A stretch of DNA of 64,000 nt from Shigella phage MK-13: the sequence record MK509462; one strand, given 5' to 3'. Shown in pieces: positions 1 to 9,516 of this stretch (its first letter is position 1; every line of letters begins with the position of its first letter). The translations under genes were made by a program, and so were the position numbers. Under the pieces are notes generated by a model. The model did no database searches. It had not been told where the DNA came from and saw only the letters and a list, made by a program, of their open reading frames with translations.

Positions 1-131
1 TTGACTTCTTTCTTTGTCAAGCGTTTTGTCTCAGAAGTGATCCACACGAAATCGATATCTTGTACTTTCTTTCCTTCATATTTTTCCAACAAGGGAATGA
101 TGTGTTTTAATACGGCAGTGTTGATGTGCAT
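1..131 (-). CDS. hypothetical protein, 5' portion only (gene runs off the window start)
   Basis: Minus-strand ATG at 131..129 preceded by AAGGA (revcomp of 137..141) with 7-nt spacer; open to the window edge (MHINTAVLKHIIPLLEKYEGKK...). Not in the ORF track because under 60 codons lie inside the window. Confidence 0.35.
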   Translation of the reverse strand, partial: MHINTAVLKHIIPLLEKYEGKKVQDIDFVWITSETKRLTKKEV

Positions 132-286
132 GAGAGGTTCCTTAATATAGGGTTGATTGACCGGACTATTATATTTGGAAAGGTGTTATTGAATTAAAGG
201 CCAACAAAATAGGAGTGCGGTTTATTAATAGGCAAAAACTACTTTTCTACAACACTCAGAGACTGTATCTTACTGTGGTGCCCTTT

Positions 287-312
287 GAGTTGTGAGTGAT
301 AACGAACAACGA
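287..312. repeat. block A of a bipartite intergenic repeat (gagttgtgagtgataacgaacaacga); second copy at 41871..41896
   Basis: 26-nt near-identical match (1 mismatch) between two AT-rich intergenic regions about 41.6 kb apart. Confidence 0.6.
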
Positions 313-363
313 AAAGCAGCCTCCATGGCTGTGGAATGGGACTGCCTGTCAAGGCGGTGTTAC

Positions 364-385
364 GAGCGTAGCGAGTAGGTTAATA
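364..385. repeat. block B of the bipartite intergenic repeat (gagcgtagcgagtaggttaata); second copy at 41910..41932
   Basis: Second conserved block downstream of block A in both copies (gagcgWagcgaRtagg(a)ttaata); spacing A to B differs (51 nt vs 13 nt). Confidence 0.5.
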
Positions 386-430
386 CTAATCGAGTAATAT
401 AACGCGCGAGGAAGATTCAATCCCATCCCG

Positions 431-438
431 CTAAATAT
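431..438 (+). promoter_or_regulatory. late-promoter-like motif CTAAATAT upstream of the gp6-like gene
   Basis: CTAAATA box about 40 nt upstream of ATG 478; resembles T4 late promoter TATAAATA; same box recurs upstream of other late genes. Confidence 0.4.
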
Positions 439-477
439 CTTCAACACCATATTCAAGTTCAGGTGATGGAGATAAAC

Positions 478-2259
478 ATGGCCACACAAACAGTTCCTTC
501 ACTCGATGTCAGGGCTTTCGAGTATCTTATCAAGAAGCGCATGAAAGCTGATCCAACTTTCAAGGATTATGACTTTGAAGGTTCTGGTCTCAGTGCAATC
601 GTGCGTATCTTGGCCTCGGATGCCAACTCTATCGGGTTCATGCAGAACATGCTGAATGGCGAAAGCCATCTTCACTCTGCCCAACAGCGTTCTAATGTCG
701 GTCTGGCGGCGGGGTTCTTGTCTTACACCCCTCACAACCACCAGGCGGCGTTCCTGTACGCAAACGTCACAGTCACTCCATATGACGCCAGCACGGCTCC
801 AGACACGATTGTAATGGACCGCCGGGCGATGTTCATTGGAGCGAAGGATGGCAAATCCTACAACTTCACGGTTGACCAACCTGTGAGCGCCTCTCTTGTA
901 GACGGCTCTTACAAGTTCGAGAACATCAAACTCGTACAGGGCAACTGGCTGTACAAGTCCTATGACGTGGAAGGCAGCGCGATCTCTACCTATGTGATCC
1001 CATCTTCTTCCGTGGACATCAACCACATGGTGGTGCAGGTGCAGGAATCTGAGACCTCCGACGTGCGGTCTACCTTCTCACGATATGTCAGCCCGTTCGA
1101 TTTGAGCCAGTATGCACAACTCTACTTCGTTGAGCTGGGGTTGGACGGGATGTACACGTTTGAATTCGGCGACGGTTATATCTGCAAGCGAGTAGAAGAC
1201 GGCAACGTCGTGTATCTTCAGTATCTGGAGACCTCTGGTGCAGACGGCAATGACATCACTGCCTTGTCCTCTGCGTCTTCCATCGGGGGCTTCAACCTTG
1301 TAGATGTTGAGCTGGTGTCAGAACGTTCTTCCGGCGGTACAGACCCAGAGAGCATTGAAGACATCAAGCGCCTTGCTCCGCTGGCTTATCAGGCTGAGGG
1401 TGCGGCGGTAGCCGAAGTCGATTATGCTGTGTTGACTGAGCGCCTGTTCTCCAACGTCTCCCGCGCCAAAGCATATGGTGGAGACACGCTATCTCCGCCC
1501 GACTCTGGATACGTTTACATTGCTGTAGTACCTTCTGTTGGTGAGACGCTGTCGGACGCTGAGAAGGCAGATATCGTGGCGACTTTGGACAAGTACAATG
1601 TGGGTACGATTACACCCAAGATTGTCGACGCCGAACTGACTTATGTTGATGTCACCACCCGCGTGTTTTGGGATCCGACTTCCACGGCCTACACCGAAGA
1701 GCAGTTGAAGACAGTCGTAAAGAACGGTGTTGTCAACTGGGGCTTGGGGAACCTGGAAGGATTCGACGAACTGTTCGATAAAGAGCAGTTGCAGTCGGCC
1801 ATCACCGACATGGACAGATCGATAGCGTCAAACATCGCTTCCGTGAAGTACAAGCGCCACTTCAAGCCGGACTATGGGGTACTAGACAGCTTCACGTTCG
1901 ATTATGGGCGCTCGATTGCATCTGGTTCTGTGCGTATCAGTGGGTTTAAGCCGCTTCCGGCCGAGGTCGACTTCACTTACTACATGCGCGATGTCAGTGG
2001 TGTCCTGAATATGTACAAGGTGAGTACAGCAGACACGACCAAAGAATATCTGGTACAAGCTGTTGGAACGGTTGATTATGTGAATGGCGTTGTTGAACTC
2101 CAGCGCATCACAGTATCCAACTACAACACCGAGGGAGTGACTATCATCGTGTCCCCAGACGGTCTTGACCAGAACATTCAGGCCACACAAAACCAGGTGC
2201 TTCGCATCGGTGCTGTAACTGTGGAGCCGGAGGTGCGTTATGTCCAAAGATCTCAATAA
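478..2259 (+). CDS. baseplate wedge protein, T4 gp6 / P2 gpJ family
   Basis: ORF 463..2259, start refined to ATG 478 after AGGTGA RBS; N-terminal DYDFEGSGLSAIVRILAS matches the T4 gp6 DYDFEGSRLNVLCDLLAY signature; size typical (593 aa). Confidence 0.7.
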   Translation: MATQTVPSLDVRAFEYLIKKRMKADPTFKDYDFEGSGLSAIVRILASDANSIGFMQNMLNGESHLHSAQQRSNVGLAAGFLSYTPHNHQAAFLYANVTVTPYDASTAPDTIVMDRRAMFIGAKDGKSYNFTVDQPVSASLVDGSYKFENIKLVQGNWLYKSYDVEGSAISTYVIPSSSVDINHMVVQVQESETSDVRSTFSRYVSPFDLSQYAQLYFVELGLDGMYTFEFGDGYICKRVEDGNVVYLQYLETSGADGNDITALSSASSIGGFNLVDVELVSERSSGGTDPESIEDIKRLAPLAYQAEGAAVAEVDYAVLTERLFSNVSRAKAYGGDTLSPPDSGYVYIAVVPSVGETLSDAEKADIVATLDKYNVGTITPKIVDAELTYVDVTTRVFWDPTSTAYTEEQLKTVVKNGVVNWGLGNLEGFDELFDKEQLQSAITDMDRSIASNIASVKYKRHFKPDYGVLDSFTFDYGRSIASGSVRISGFKPLPAEVDFTYYMRDVSGVLNMYKVSTADTTKEYLVQAVGTVDYVNGVVELQRITVSNYNTEGVTIIVSPDGLDQNIQATQNQVLRIGAVTVEPEVRYVQRSQ

Positions 2260-3094
2260 CGGACACAATGGGGTGAAATATGAAACCCCATTGTTCTACC
2301 AGAATGAATTCCCAGTGTTCATCGAGTTCATGGACACGTTCTTCAACTGGCTGTATCGCCAGCAGGGATTCACCGAAGAGGAGATTTTGGCGTATCTGGC
2401 AGACACTGATGGTTGGGTGAACCCAAATACGGATCAGTCTCCTATTGAGCAGCTGATTGACATCAAGAAGCGCAAGACACCAGGGACCGAGGCCAAGGAC
2501 TTCTTGGAAGACAAGTTCCTGACGCGCACGTTTGAGAACATGATGGCGCTAGACTTCGAAAATTTGCTGGATGTAGACGGTCGGCCATTAATCTCAATGG
2601 AAGACAAGAACGAACGCATCGACGATTGGTATGCTGATTTTGGATTCCAGAGAACGGTTGATAAGACCTTCCTGGAGTTTGGGAAGTTTGTGCCAGTTGG
2701 TTCGGACAGTTTGGTGACTTCAGACGGAGACACGCTCTCTGTGTATGTCGAGGGAACCAAACGCCGAACGCTGGACCATGTCCGCTGGTTGAAGTTGCTT
2801 AAACACATTTATCGCATTCGCGGGACGAAGAAAGCGATTGAATTGTTCTTCTGGATTTACTTTGGTTGCCCAGTGAGTGTGTACTATCCCAAGGAAGAAA
2901 TTGGTGGTTTGGACGATAACTTTGAATGTGACGGCGCGACAGGAATGCGTGACGATTACTACTATGATGAATTCACGTATGTGATAAGAGTTCCTGGCGA
3001 CGTATCTGATTTTGAAGGTGTGTTTGAGCGCGTCTTCCGTCAGCATTTCCATCCTGCTGGGTTTACTGTATTCCTGGAAAGTTCAAGGAGTTAA
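2240..3094 (+). CDS. baseplate-associated structural protein (possible P2 gpI / wedge partner)
   Basis: 284-aa ORF overlapping the gp6-like stop, GGAGGTG RBS; assigned by synteny directly downstream of gp6-like; no motif recognised. Confidence 0.4.
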   Translation: MSKDLNNGHNGVKYETPLFYQNEFPVFIEFMDTFFNWLYRQQGFTEEEILAYLADTDGWVNPNTDQSPIEQLIDIKKRKTPGTEAKDFLEDKFLTRTFENMMALDFENLLDVDGRPLISMEDKNERIDDWYADFGFQRTVDKTFLEFGKFVPVGSDSLVTSDGDTLSVYVEGTKRRTLDHVRWLKLLKHIYRIRGTKKAIELFFWIYFGCPVSVYYPKEEIGGLDDNFECDGATGMRDDYYYDEFTYVIRVPGDVSDFEGVFERVFRQHFHPAGFTVFLESSRS

Positions 3095-3096
3095 AA

Positions 3097-4308
3097 ATGG
3101 CCGATTTTCTGAGTCAATACACAGGTCAGCAGATTGATGCAATCCTTTCTTCTGTTGACGATAAAGTAAGCAAGAACGATGTTATCAACGATTTCGCTGT
3201 TGATGATCCGTTGTTTCCTCCTTCAGCTCATCTGACGTATGAACTGAAGCGTTCTGTGGATGACATCTACGACACGTTGGATAATAAGGTGATTCGCACC
3301 GACGGTGGGGAACAAACTATCAACGGGCGGAAGACTTTTGCCGCAGAAATCCGAGCCAATGCTGGTGTCAGTATCCCTACGGGGAAGAAACTTACCATCG
3401 CAGATGAGCCAGTTGATTCCACTGATGGCGTCAATCTGTCTATGCTGCGCAAGCACGGCGTGAGTGAAGACACTGCCGGGGTTAACTCTGGTCTGAAAAT
3501 CGAGTTGTTATCTGGCGGCTACAACAAACTCACTTTCGACGGCACAAATCTGGCCACTTACTCTGGTACTGGTGTGCCAACTACCATGTTACTGGTGAGT
3601 GGAACCGACACTGTCAAGTACGACACATCTGCGTTTGTGACTTCTATCTTCAATGATACGCGTTTCAACGCTTATCTGAAGGTTGTTGATTACGACGCCG
3701 ATATGTTGGATATCCAGTCTCAGTTCAATACTGTGAACACCACTCTGGCAGCGAAGGTCAACACATCGACTTACAACTCCAAGATGTCTAGCCTGGACAC
3801 CAGTATACTGGATCTGACGAACAACAAAGTGAACGTCAGTACGTATAACACGAAGATGGCGGCGTTGGACAGTTCCATCAGCGGCATTCAGAGTGATATC
3901 GGCACGATCAATACCACGTTGTCTGGAAAGGTCAACACATCGACCTACAACGCCAAAATGACAAGCCTGGACGCCGACATTGCTGCCCGTGTGAAGATCG
4001 GGAAGACCAACCCAAGCGGCATCACTGTCTCTGCTTCGGGGAACTCTGCGTTGCCCGACTTCGATTTGGTGAACCTTTGCCAAGTGTTGATCAGTGCACA
4101 ATGGGGTACAGGCAACGTCGTGGATACGTACCGCGTGACGATCACCCGTGACGGGACTATCAAGTCTGAGCTGTTGATTCAGAAGTCCACTTCCGGTACG
4201 GTGACATTCGCGGGTTCTGTAGTGTCTTCAAAACTTCGTTTGACGATAACAAATGCGAACACGACGACTGCGTGCTCTATTGATTATAGTCTGGTCGCTT
4301 CTTTCTAA
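3097..4308 (+). CDS. tail fibre-like protein with heptad/serial repeats
   Basis: 403 aa; N-terminus typical of phage fibre proteins (TINGRKTFA, DSTDGVNLSMLRK); internal repeats VNTSTYNSKMSSLD / VSTYNTKMAALD / VNTSTYNAKMTSLD. Confidence 0.55.
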   Translation: MADFLSQYTGQQIDAILSSVDDKVSKNDVINDFAVDDPLFPPSAHLTYELKRSVDDIYDTLDNKVIRTDGGEQTINGRKTFAAEIRANAGVSIPTGKKLTIADEPVDSTDGVNLSMLRKHGVSEDTAGVNSGLKIELLSGGYNKLTFDGTNLATYSGTGVPTTMLLVSGTDTVKYDTSAFVTSIFNDTRFNAYLKVVDYDADMLDIQSQFNTVNTTLAAKVNTSTYNSKMSSLDTSILDLTNNKVNVSTYNTKMAALDSSISGIQSDIGTINTTLSGKVNTSTYNAKMTSLDADIAARVKIGKTNPSGITVSASGNSALPDFDLVNLCQVLISAQWGTGNVVDTYRVTITRDGTIKSELLIQKSTSGTVTFAGSVVSSKLRLTITNANTTTACSIDYSLVASF

Positions 4309-4316
4309 AGTGAAAG

Positions 4317-4327
4317 CTAAATACCCC
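4317..4327 (+). promoter_or_regulatory. late-promoter-like motif CTAAATACCCC with 5'-UTR hairpin (ataccccta / taggggtat, 4321..4355)
   Basis: CTAAATAcccc followed by inverted repeat whose 3' arm supplies a GGGG Shine-Dalgarno 7 nt before ATG 4361. Confidence 0.45.
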
Positions 4328-4360
4328 TAGATGAAACGAACACATTTAGGGGTATTTGAA

Positions 4361-7255
4361 ATGGCTAATAAACCAACACAGCCTGTTTTCCCTCTCGGTC
4401 TGGTGGCTGAAGAGCAGTCTACTTTGGCTGGTATCCTCAACACGGGTACGATTGAGCATGGACCAGATGCTGTCCTGACTTTACCCGAGGGTAATGCCAG
4501 TGCAGGTCTCCCGTCTTCTGTTCGCTACAATGCCGACTCCGACGAATTTGAGGGCTTCTACGAAAATGGTGGATGGTTGCCGCTGGGTGGCGGTGGTATC
4601 CGCTGGGAAGCCCTTCCGCATGCCTCTACGGCAACGCTCACTGAAGGGCGAGGCTATCTGGTAGACAACTCCACAGGCGTCTCTACGGTGGTGTTCCCTT
4701 CCCCTACGCGCATTGGCGATTCTGTTACAGTCTGTGACTTGTATGGAAAGTTCTCCCTGTATCCCCTGACCATTGACCCAAATGGTCGCCCAATGTATGG
4801 CTCTGTAGAGCCTATGACGCTCTCCACCGACAGCGTATCTGCGACCTTTACCTGGTCTGGTGACGCGCGTGGCTGGATTGTGACTGCTGGCGTCGGCCTT
4901 GGGCAGGGGCGCGTGTATAGCCGCACGATCTTCACTGAAACCGTTTCGGTAGACACCGCTCAAGTTACTCTGACAACGCAGCCGTCGATTGTTGATGTGT
5001 ATGTTGACGGCAAGCGCCTGCTGGAATCAAAGTATTCCCTCAATGGTTTCAATGTCGACTTCAGTCCATCAATCCCATCAGGTTCCGAGCTGCAGGTCAT
5101 CCAATACGTCCCGATCCAGTTAGGCAATGGCTCCGGTGGTTCCGGCGGCGGTACGGTTATCACTTGGATCTACAATAGTGGATCAGCTGCGGGTGGTGAA
5201 ACCGAGATCGAGTTGGACGTGGATGCCGAAGATGTTTCTGAGATCTTTATCGATGGATCCCGCCAGCAAAAAGGTCTGGGCTTCACTTATGACTCCGTTA
5301 CGAAGATCATCACGCTGGCCGACGAACTCGAAGCTGGTGATGAAGTTGTTGTCGTCATCAATGGCGACCCAACCCTGTACAATCAGATCGACCGTACACC
5401 AAACGAAGTGGCGCGTTCCGTGAACGTGCCGAATTCTCAGGTTATTTTGTCGTCCGATACCATCACCAAACTGGACGGAAAGACGGTTATCTATGATGTG
5501 GTGGCGCAAAAGATTTGGAGCTTACCTTCTGGTATCCCGACAGGTTCTTCTGTTGTATCTGTGAGTGGGAGCACTCTGACATATGCACCAGGGAATGTTG
5601 TTGTTTCTTTGCTCTTGCCGACTTCTGAAAGTTTGGTCGTTTTCCAAGAATTATTAGAGTCTAATGCGGGGGTTGGGTCTATTGGTGGCGTTGCTGTGGA
5701 ATTAGGAGACCGAAACTCGCTAAACTCGAACCAGACCGTGCTCGGGCGTATTGTGGCCAGCAAAACTCTTTCTGGTATTTACAACAAATATTCAGTTGTT
5801 CCCAACACAGGTAAAGTTGCTGACGGTGTGGTATTAATTGACCGCCTGGACGGTAATCAACTTGAAATTCAATTTGAAGACTATATTGATGTTCGCGCTT
5901 TCATGTTCGGCGCAATGACAGATCAGGAAACATTACAGGCAGCATTGGATTATGCGGATAGTGTTTCCGGACATTGCGTAATTGGCATCACACCCAAAAA
6001 CAAAAATGGAGACCCTTGGGTGTTCACGCATCTGCATATTGGTTCTAAAACTATTGTTAAGGGTGCAGGCGGCTGGTTGAAATTCGCAGATAATGTTTGT
6101 AATGATGCGACCAAAGCATATTATCTTGTCGAGAACTTTGATGCACAGGATACCCATTTAATAGATTTGTATATAGACGGAAACCAAGCAAGCAACACAT
6201 TGTATGCTGTAGCCGACATCTTAACGTTCGGTGGGAATCGATGCTCTATCACCAACTGTAAGCTCGTGAATGCCCCCGACTCAGGTCTGATGTTTGCGAC
6301 TACCAAAAACTGCTGGGTGAATGGTCTTTATGTAGAAAACACGCGCGACCTTGGGATCTACTTATCTGCAAGTGTGGCAGGCGGTACTCGTAACTGCGCA
6401 ATGTCCAACCTGGTGTTGCGCGACTGCGCTCAAGGGGCTATGGGTTTCAAACGCTACGTTGCCGACATTGTTGTGGATAATGTTGTAGCCACCAACTGTG
6501 GTAATGGAATCACCTTTGAAGGTTTTGAAGTTGTGACGCCGGGTATGAACCCATCCAATATCACTATGAGCAATATACGTCTGCGTGATATTGGATTTGG
6601 TTATCGGTCTGTTTCAGCGGCAGAGCGAGCTTTAAGTTTCGATTATGCTCGCGGCATCCGTATTAGCAACCTCAGCGTTCAGAACTGTTCTGGTGTCGGT
6701 ATCTTCTTCAGCACTAACACAAGTACTGGTATTTACATTAATGGCGCTAACTTAACTGGATATGCTGCTAACCCACAAATCGCGAGTGGTGTCCCAAACA
6801 ACGATGGTATTCAGTGTAATGGTGCTTCTGGTTTTGAACTGATTAATGTGAACTTGGAAGGGTTCGCAAGATACGCAGCTTGGTTCCTGAGCTGTAGTGG
6901 CGGCAGCGTGGTCGGTGGTCGTTGGACTAATACCCAGGCTAGTGGATATAATGCATACAACGGCGCACGTGTAAATGCAGCCTGTAGTTTCACTAAGTTT
7001 TCGCCTGAGTTTATTAGTGGGGCGAGCGGAACAGACCTAGAATGGTTTAATGGTGCGACTGGAATTACCAAAGACACGATACTGAACAATGCTACTGGCC
7101 CAGCAAAATATGGGTATGTTGTCGTCTCTGGTCCTACGCCTGTGGCTACAGTAACCCCCCGTTTTATTGGGCAGGAAGTCTGGAGTGCAGGTGCGAGTTC
7201 CTGGTGGAAATCACATGGCTTAACCTCCTCAGACTGGAAACAGATGTCAAATTGA
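4361..7255 (+). CDS. tailspike protein A (gp10-like N-terminal region plus right-handed beta-helix depolymerase-like domain)
   Basis: ORF 4331..7255; start moved to ATG 4361 downstream of promoter/hairpin. C-terminal half shows serial N-C-x-G / asparagine-ladder repeats (NCKLVNAPDSG, NCAMSNLVLRDCAQG, NCGNGITFEG, NCSGVGIFF) typical of pectate-lyase-fold tailspikes. Confidence 0.65.
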   Translation: MANKPTQPVFPLGLVAEEQSTLAGILNTGTIEHGPDAVLTLPEGNASAGLPSSVRYNADSDEFEGFYENGGWLPLGGGGIRWEALPHASTATLTEGRGYLVDNSTGVSTVVFPSPTRIGDSVTVCDLYGKFSLYPLTIDPNGRPMYGSVEPMTLSTDSVSATFTWSGDARGWIVTAGVGLGQGRVYSRTIFTETVSVDTAQVTLTTQPSIVDVYVDGKRLLESKYSLNGFNVDFSPSIPSGSELQVIQYVPIQLGNGSGGSGGGTVITWIYNSGSAAGGETEIELDVDAEDVSEIFIDGSRQQKGLGFTYDSVTKIITLADELEAGDEVVVVINGDPTLYNQIDRTPNEVARSVNVPNSQVILSSDTITKLDGKTVIYDVVAQKIWSLPSGIPTGSSVVSVSGSTLTYAPGNVVVSLLLPTSESLVVFQELLESNAGVGSIGGVAVELGDRNSLNSNQTVLGRIVASKTLSGIYNKYSVVPNTGKVADGVVLIDRLDGNQLEIQFEDYIDVRAFMFGAMTDQETLQAALDYADSVSGHCVIGITPKNKNGDPWVFTHLHIGSKTIVKGAGGWLKFADNVCNDATKAYYLVENFDAQDTHLIDLYIDGNQASNTLYAVADILTFGGNRCSITNCKLVNAPDSGLMFATTKNCWVNGLYVENTRDLGIYLSASVAGGTRNCAMSNLVLRDCAQGAMGFKRYVADIVVDNVVATNCGNGITFEGFEVVTPGMNPSNITMSNIRLRDIGFGYRSVSAAERALSFDYARGIRISNLSVQNCSGVGIFFSTNTSTGIYINGANLTGYAANPQIASGVPNNDGIQCNGASGFELINVNLEGFARYAAWFLSCSGGSVVGGRWTNTQASGYNAYNGARVNAACSFTKFSPEFISGASGTDLEWFNGATGITKDTILNNATGPAKYGYVVVSGPTPVATVTPRFIGQEVWSAGASSWWKSHGLTSSDWKQMSN

Positions 7256-7295
7256 TCCGATTCTGTCTAGAGATGTCTAGCAACTTCTATCGATA

Positions 7296-7313
7296 AAGCC
7301 CCTTCAGGGGCTT
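7296..7313 (+). terminator. hairpin aagcccc-ttca-ggggctt (weak terminator, no clear U-tract)
   Basis: Perfect 7-bp GC-rich stem between tailspike A and B. Confidence 0.35.
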
Positions 7314-7336
7314 CGTGAGAACAACAGGAGATTCAC

Positions 7337-9439
7337 ATGAATCCGCAATTCAATCAGCCGAAAGGTTCAACGGCCAAAGAAATCAACAAAAACCCGCGTG
7401 AATTATGGCGTCGGACTTTGTCGGAATTGGGTCTTAATTTGGTCGAAGGTAGTTTTGAAGACGGTGCTACTGTGGCGACTGCAACTGACGTCGTGTGGCA
7501 TATCAATGGCGCCCAGTGTTACACCTGGGGTGGGTCTTTACCCAAGACTGTAGACAAAAACTCAACACCGCAATCAACTGGTGGGATATCCGGAGAAGCT
7601 TGGAAGAAATACGATGAAACTTCTCAGGTTACGACACCAGGATACTATGGCGGAACTTGTTTCCCCACGGAAAATAATCTCTCCTTGGCCGTCGGGGATA
7701 TTATCCCGTCAGGAGTAATGTTCGTCAGAATTGATGGTAATCTGATGATGATGAGTTCTTCTCTGACGGAACCCGTGACTGTCACCAGTTTTGATCAGAC
7801 TGTGATCAATGGCTTGCATGAGTTGTATCCAGTATCATTCTTTAACGAAGTGATCACGGGATGGAAGATTGCCCAGAATGACGCACAGCTTACGCGTTTA
7901 CTCCCAAAGGCAGGGAATATTTACATTGGTTATTCTCCAGTGAAAGTTGAAGGAATCTTCATTATTCAGGGAGATATCCGACTCAAGCCATTGCTGCCAA
8001 AAGTAACCGTTGATTCACGTCAGTTCTGGTTGAGATCGCCGCGCGCCTGGAACGAAACAAACCAGGAATATGACTACACCGCGTACGATATTCGTATTGT
8101 CGGTAACTTCCTGTTTGACTTCTATAGGCAAGATGCTTCCTTTGACCCAGGCGTTGGACTAGCTATGCAGTCCGCTGGAACTCTGGAGCTTTCCGGGTGT
8201 GAGTTACAAGGTGCGTGGAGAAGCAACGTAACCATGGATTATGGGCGCTGGTCTATTGCAGACAACTTGTATTCACATGATTGTGGCAGGGGGCAGATTC
8301 AAAATCCAGATGGTAGCAACCGCAATGGTATGGCTATTATTGTTGGTAATGCGACAGAAGCACATATCCATCATATCCGCACCAGAACCACTTGGGCATC
8401 CTCTGTCTTTGTTGATTCTTACCGCCCTGGACGAACGCTTAACGTGATGATCCATGACGTTAGTATTAACGGTTCTGGTGGTAACGGCCTGCGCCTTCAA
8501 TCTGACGATCTTGTTACCGGTGTTGGCGGCGGGCAGGGTACTGCAATTACTCGTGTAAACATCAGCGGCGTAACAATTAAAAACTGTGAATCGCATGGCA
8601 TCCGCGCAAACTTCACCAACGGAAGCGTTACGGGCGTATACATTGAGTCATGTAACGCGGGTATTGCCATTGAGGGTTCTAGTGATGTCACGTATGACAA
8701 CATCACCATCAGGAATTGCTCACAGCCAATCCTCTGTCGATATTATCCGGTAGTCTGCACACGCCTGCGATTTAGTAATATCTTAATATCAGGCCACACA
8801 GATTGGGCTGTGTTCTTTTTGCGTAAGGATGGCTCCTCTCACACGGTAAATCTAGGTGATATTGAATTCGACGGGTTGACAATCCACTGCACACAACCTG
8901 GTTCTAAAGCTGTTATGATTAACTGCGGGTCGAACGCAACAGCTACTTCCGACATCACTATGAAGAACGTGCGTATTGTTGGCGCATTTCCTGATACAGA
9001 CGGAACAGCACTCTGTCAGATTCATAATGCACGACATATTGAAGTAGATAACTGGAACATCAGAGGTGTTAACGGGCTTCCTAGTTCTTATTTGTATGCG
9101 CAAGCATCTCAGAGCTTGAACGTGCATCGCCTGGTTGGCGTTCAACCGTTTGGTACTGTTGATCGTCCTATTGAGTGCGTTGGCGTGGCTGGTCACGTAA
9201 ACATTGTGAATTGTTCTGTTCCTGTAACCACGAACGGAATATTATATACTTCAACTCCTGCATCCCGTTACGAAGAAGGGAACCAGTTTTACAATAGCGC
9301 TCAACCACAACAATTCCCGTTCACCAACGCTGGGCAGTTGCGTGGTGGTGATGTGAACACGTTAACAACCACGCAACTGGCAAACATAGTGGCTACGCTG
9401 ATTAACGATATTAGCCTGGGTAAATTCGTAATCAGATAA
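7337..9439 (+). CDS. tailspike protein B (conserved MNPQFNQPKGS N-terminal head-binding module plus beta-helix)
   Basis: 700 aa; N-terminus MNPQFNQPKGS...YTWGGSLPK shared with tailspike D; beta-helix repeats (VNISGVTIKNCESHGIRAN, YIESCNAGIAIEG, ITIRNCSQP). Confidence 0.7.
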   Translation: MNPQFNQPKGSTAKEINKNPRELWRRTLSELGLNLVEGSFEDGATVATATDVVWHINGAQCYTWGGSLPKTVDKNSTPQSTGGISGEAWKKYDETSQVTTPGYYGGTCFPTENNLSLAVGDIIPSGVMFVRIDGNLMMMSSSLTEPVTVTSFDQTVINGLHELYPVSFFNEVITGWKIAQNDAQLTRLLPKAGNIYIGYSPVKVEGIFIIQGDIRLKPLLPKVTVDSRQFWLRSPRAWNETNQEYDYTAYDIRIVGNFLFDFYRQDASFDPGVGLAMQSAGTLELSGCELQGAWRSNVTMDYGRWSIADNLYSHDCGRGQIQNPDGSNRNGMAIIVGNATEAHIHHIRTRTTWASSVFVDSYRPGRTLNVMIHDVSINGSGGNGLRLQSDDLVTGVGGGQGTAITRVNISGVTIKNCESHGIRANFTNGSVTGVYIESCNAGIAIEGSSDVTYDNITIRNCSQPILCRYYPVVCTRLRFSNILISGHTDWAVFFLRKDGSSHTVNLGDIEFDGLTIHCTQPGSKAVMINCGSNATATSDITMKNVRIVGAFPDTDGTALCQIHNARHIEVDNWNIRGVNGLPSSYLYAQASQSLNVHRLVGVQPFGTVDRPIECVGVAGHVNIVNCSVPVTTNGILYTSTPASRYEEGNQFYNSAQPQQFPFTNAGQLRGGDVNTLTTTQLANIVATLINDISLGKFVIR

Positions 9440-9473
9440 ATAAGGGTCGCAGGATTAACCCCTTATCCATTCA

Positions 9474-9484
9474 CTAAATACCCC
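9474..9484 (+). promoter_or_regulatory. late-promoter-like motif CTAAATACCCC with 5'-UTR hairpin (ataccccata / tatggggtat, 9478..9510)
   Basis: Same architecture as at 4317; GGGG of 3' arm 8 nt before ATG 9517. Confidence 0.45.
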
Positions 9485-9516
9485 ATATTGGCAAATCCTC
9501 TATGGGGTATCTTCAA

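Noticed and set aside
395-430. tRNA-like T-loop resemblance (gattcaatccc)
   Set aside because: No acceptor stem, D-arm or anticodon arm could be folded around it; judged a chance match. No tRNA or rRNA genes were recognised anywhere in the window.
4331-4360. Upstream in-frame ATG at 4331 for tailspike A (MKRTHLGVFEM...)
   Set aside because: It lies inside the loop of the promoter-linked hairpin and within a few nt of the predicted late transcription start; ATG 4361 after the GGGG arm is more plausible. Similar N-terminal extensions at 9502, 25106, 31602, 36673, 42780, 57253, 58710 and 60714 were trimmed for the same reason.
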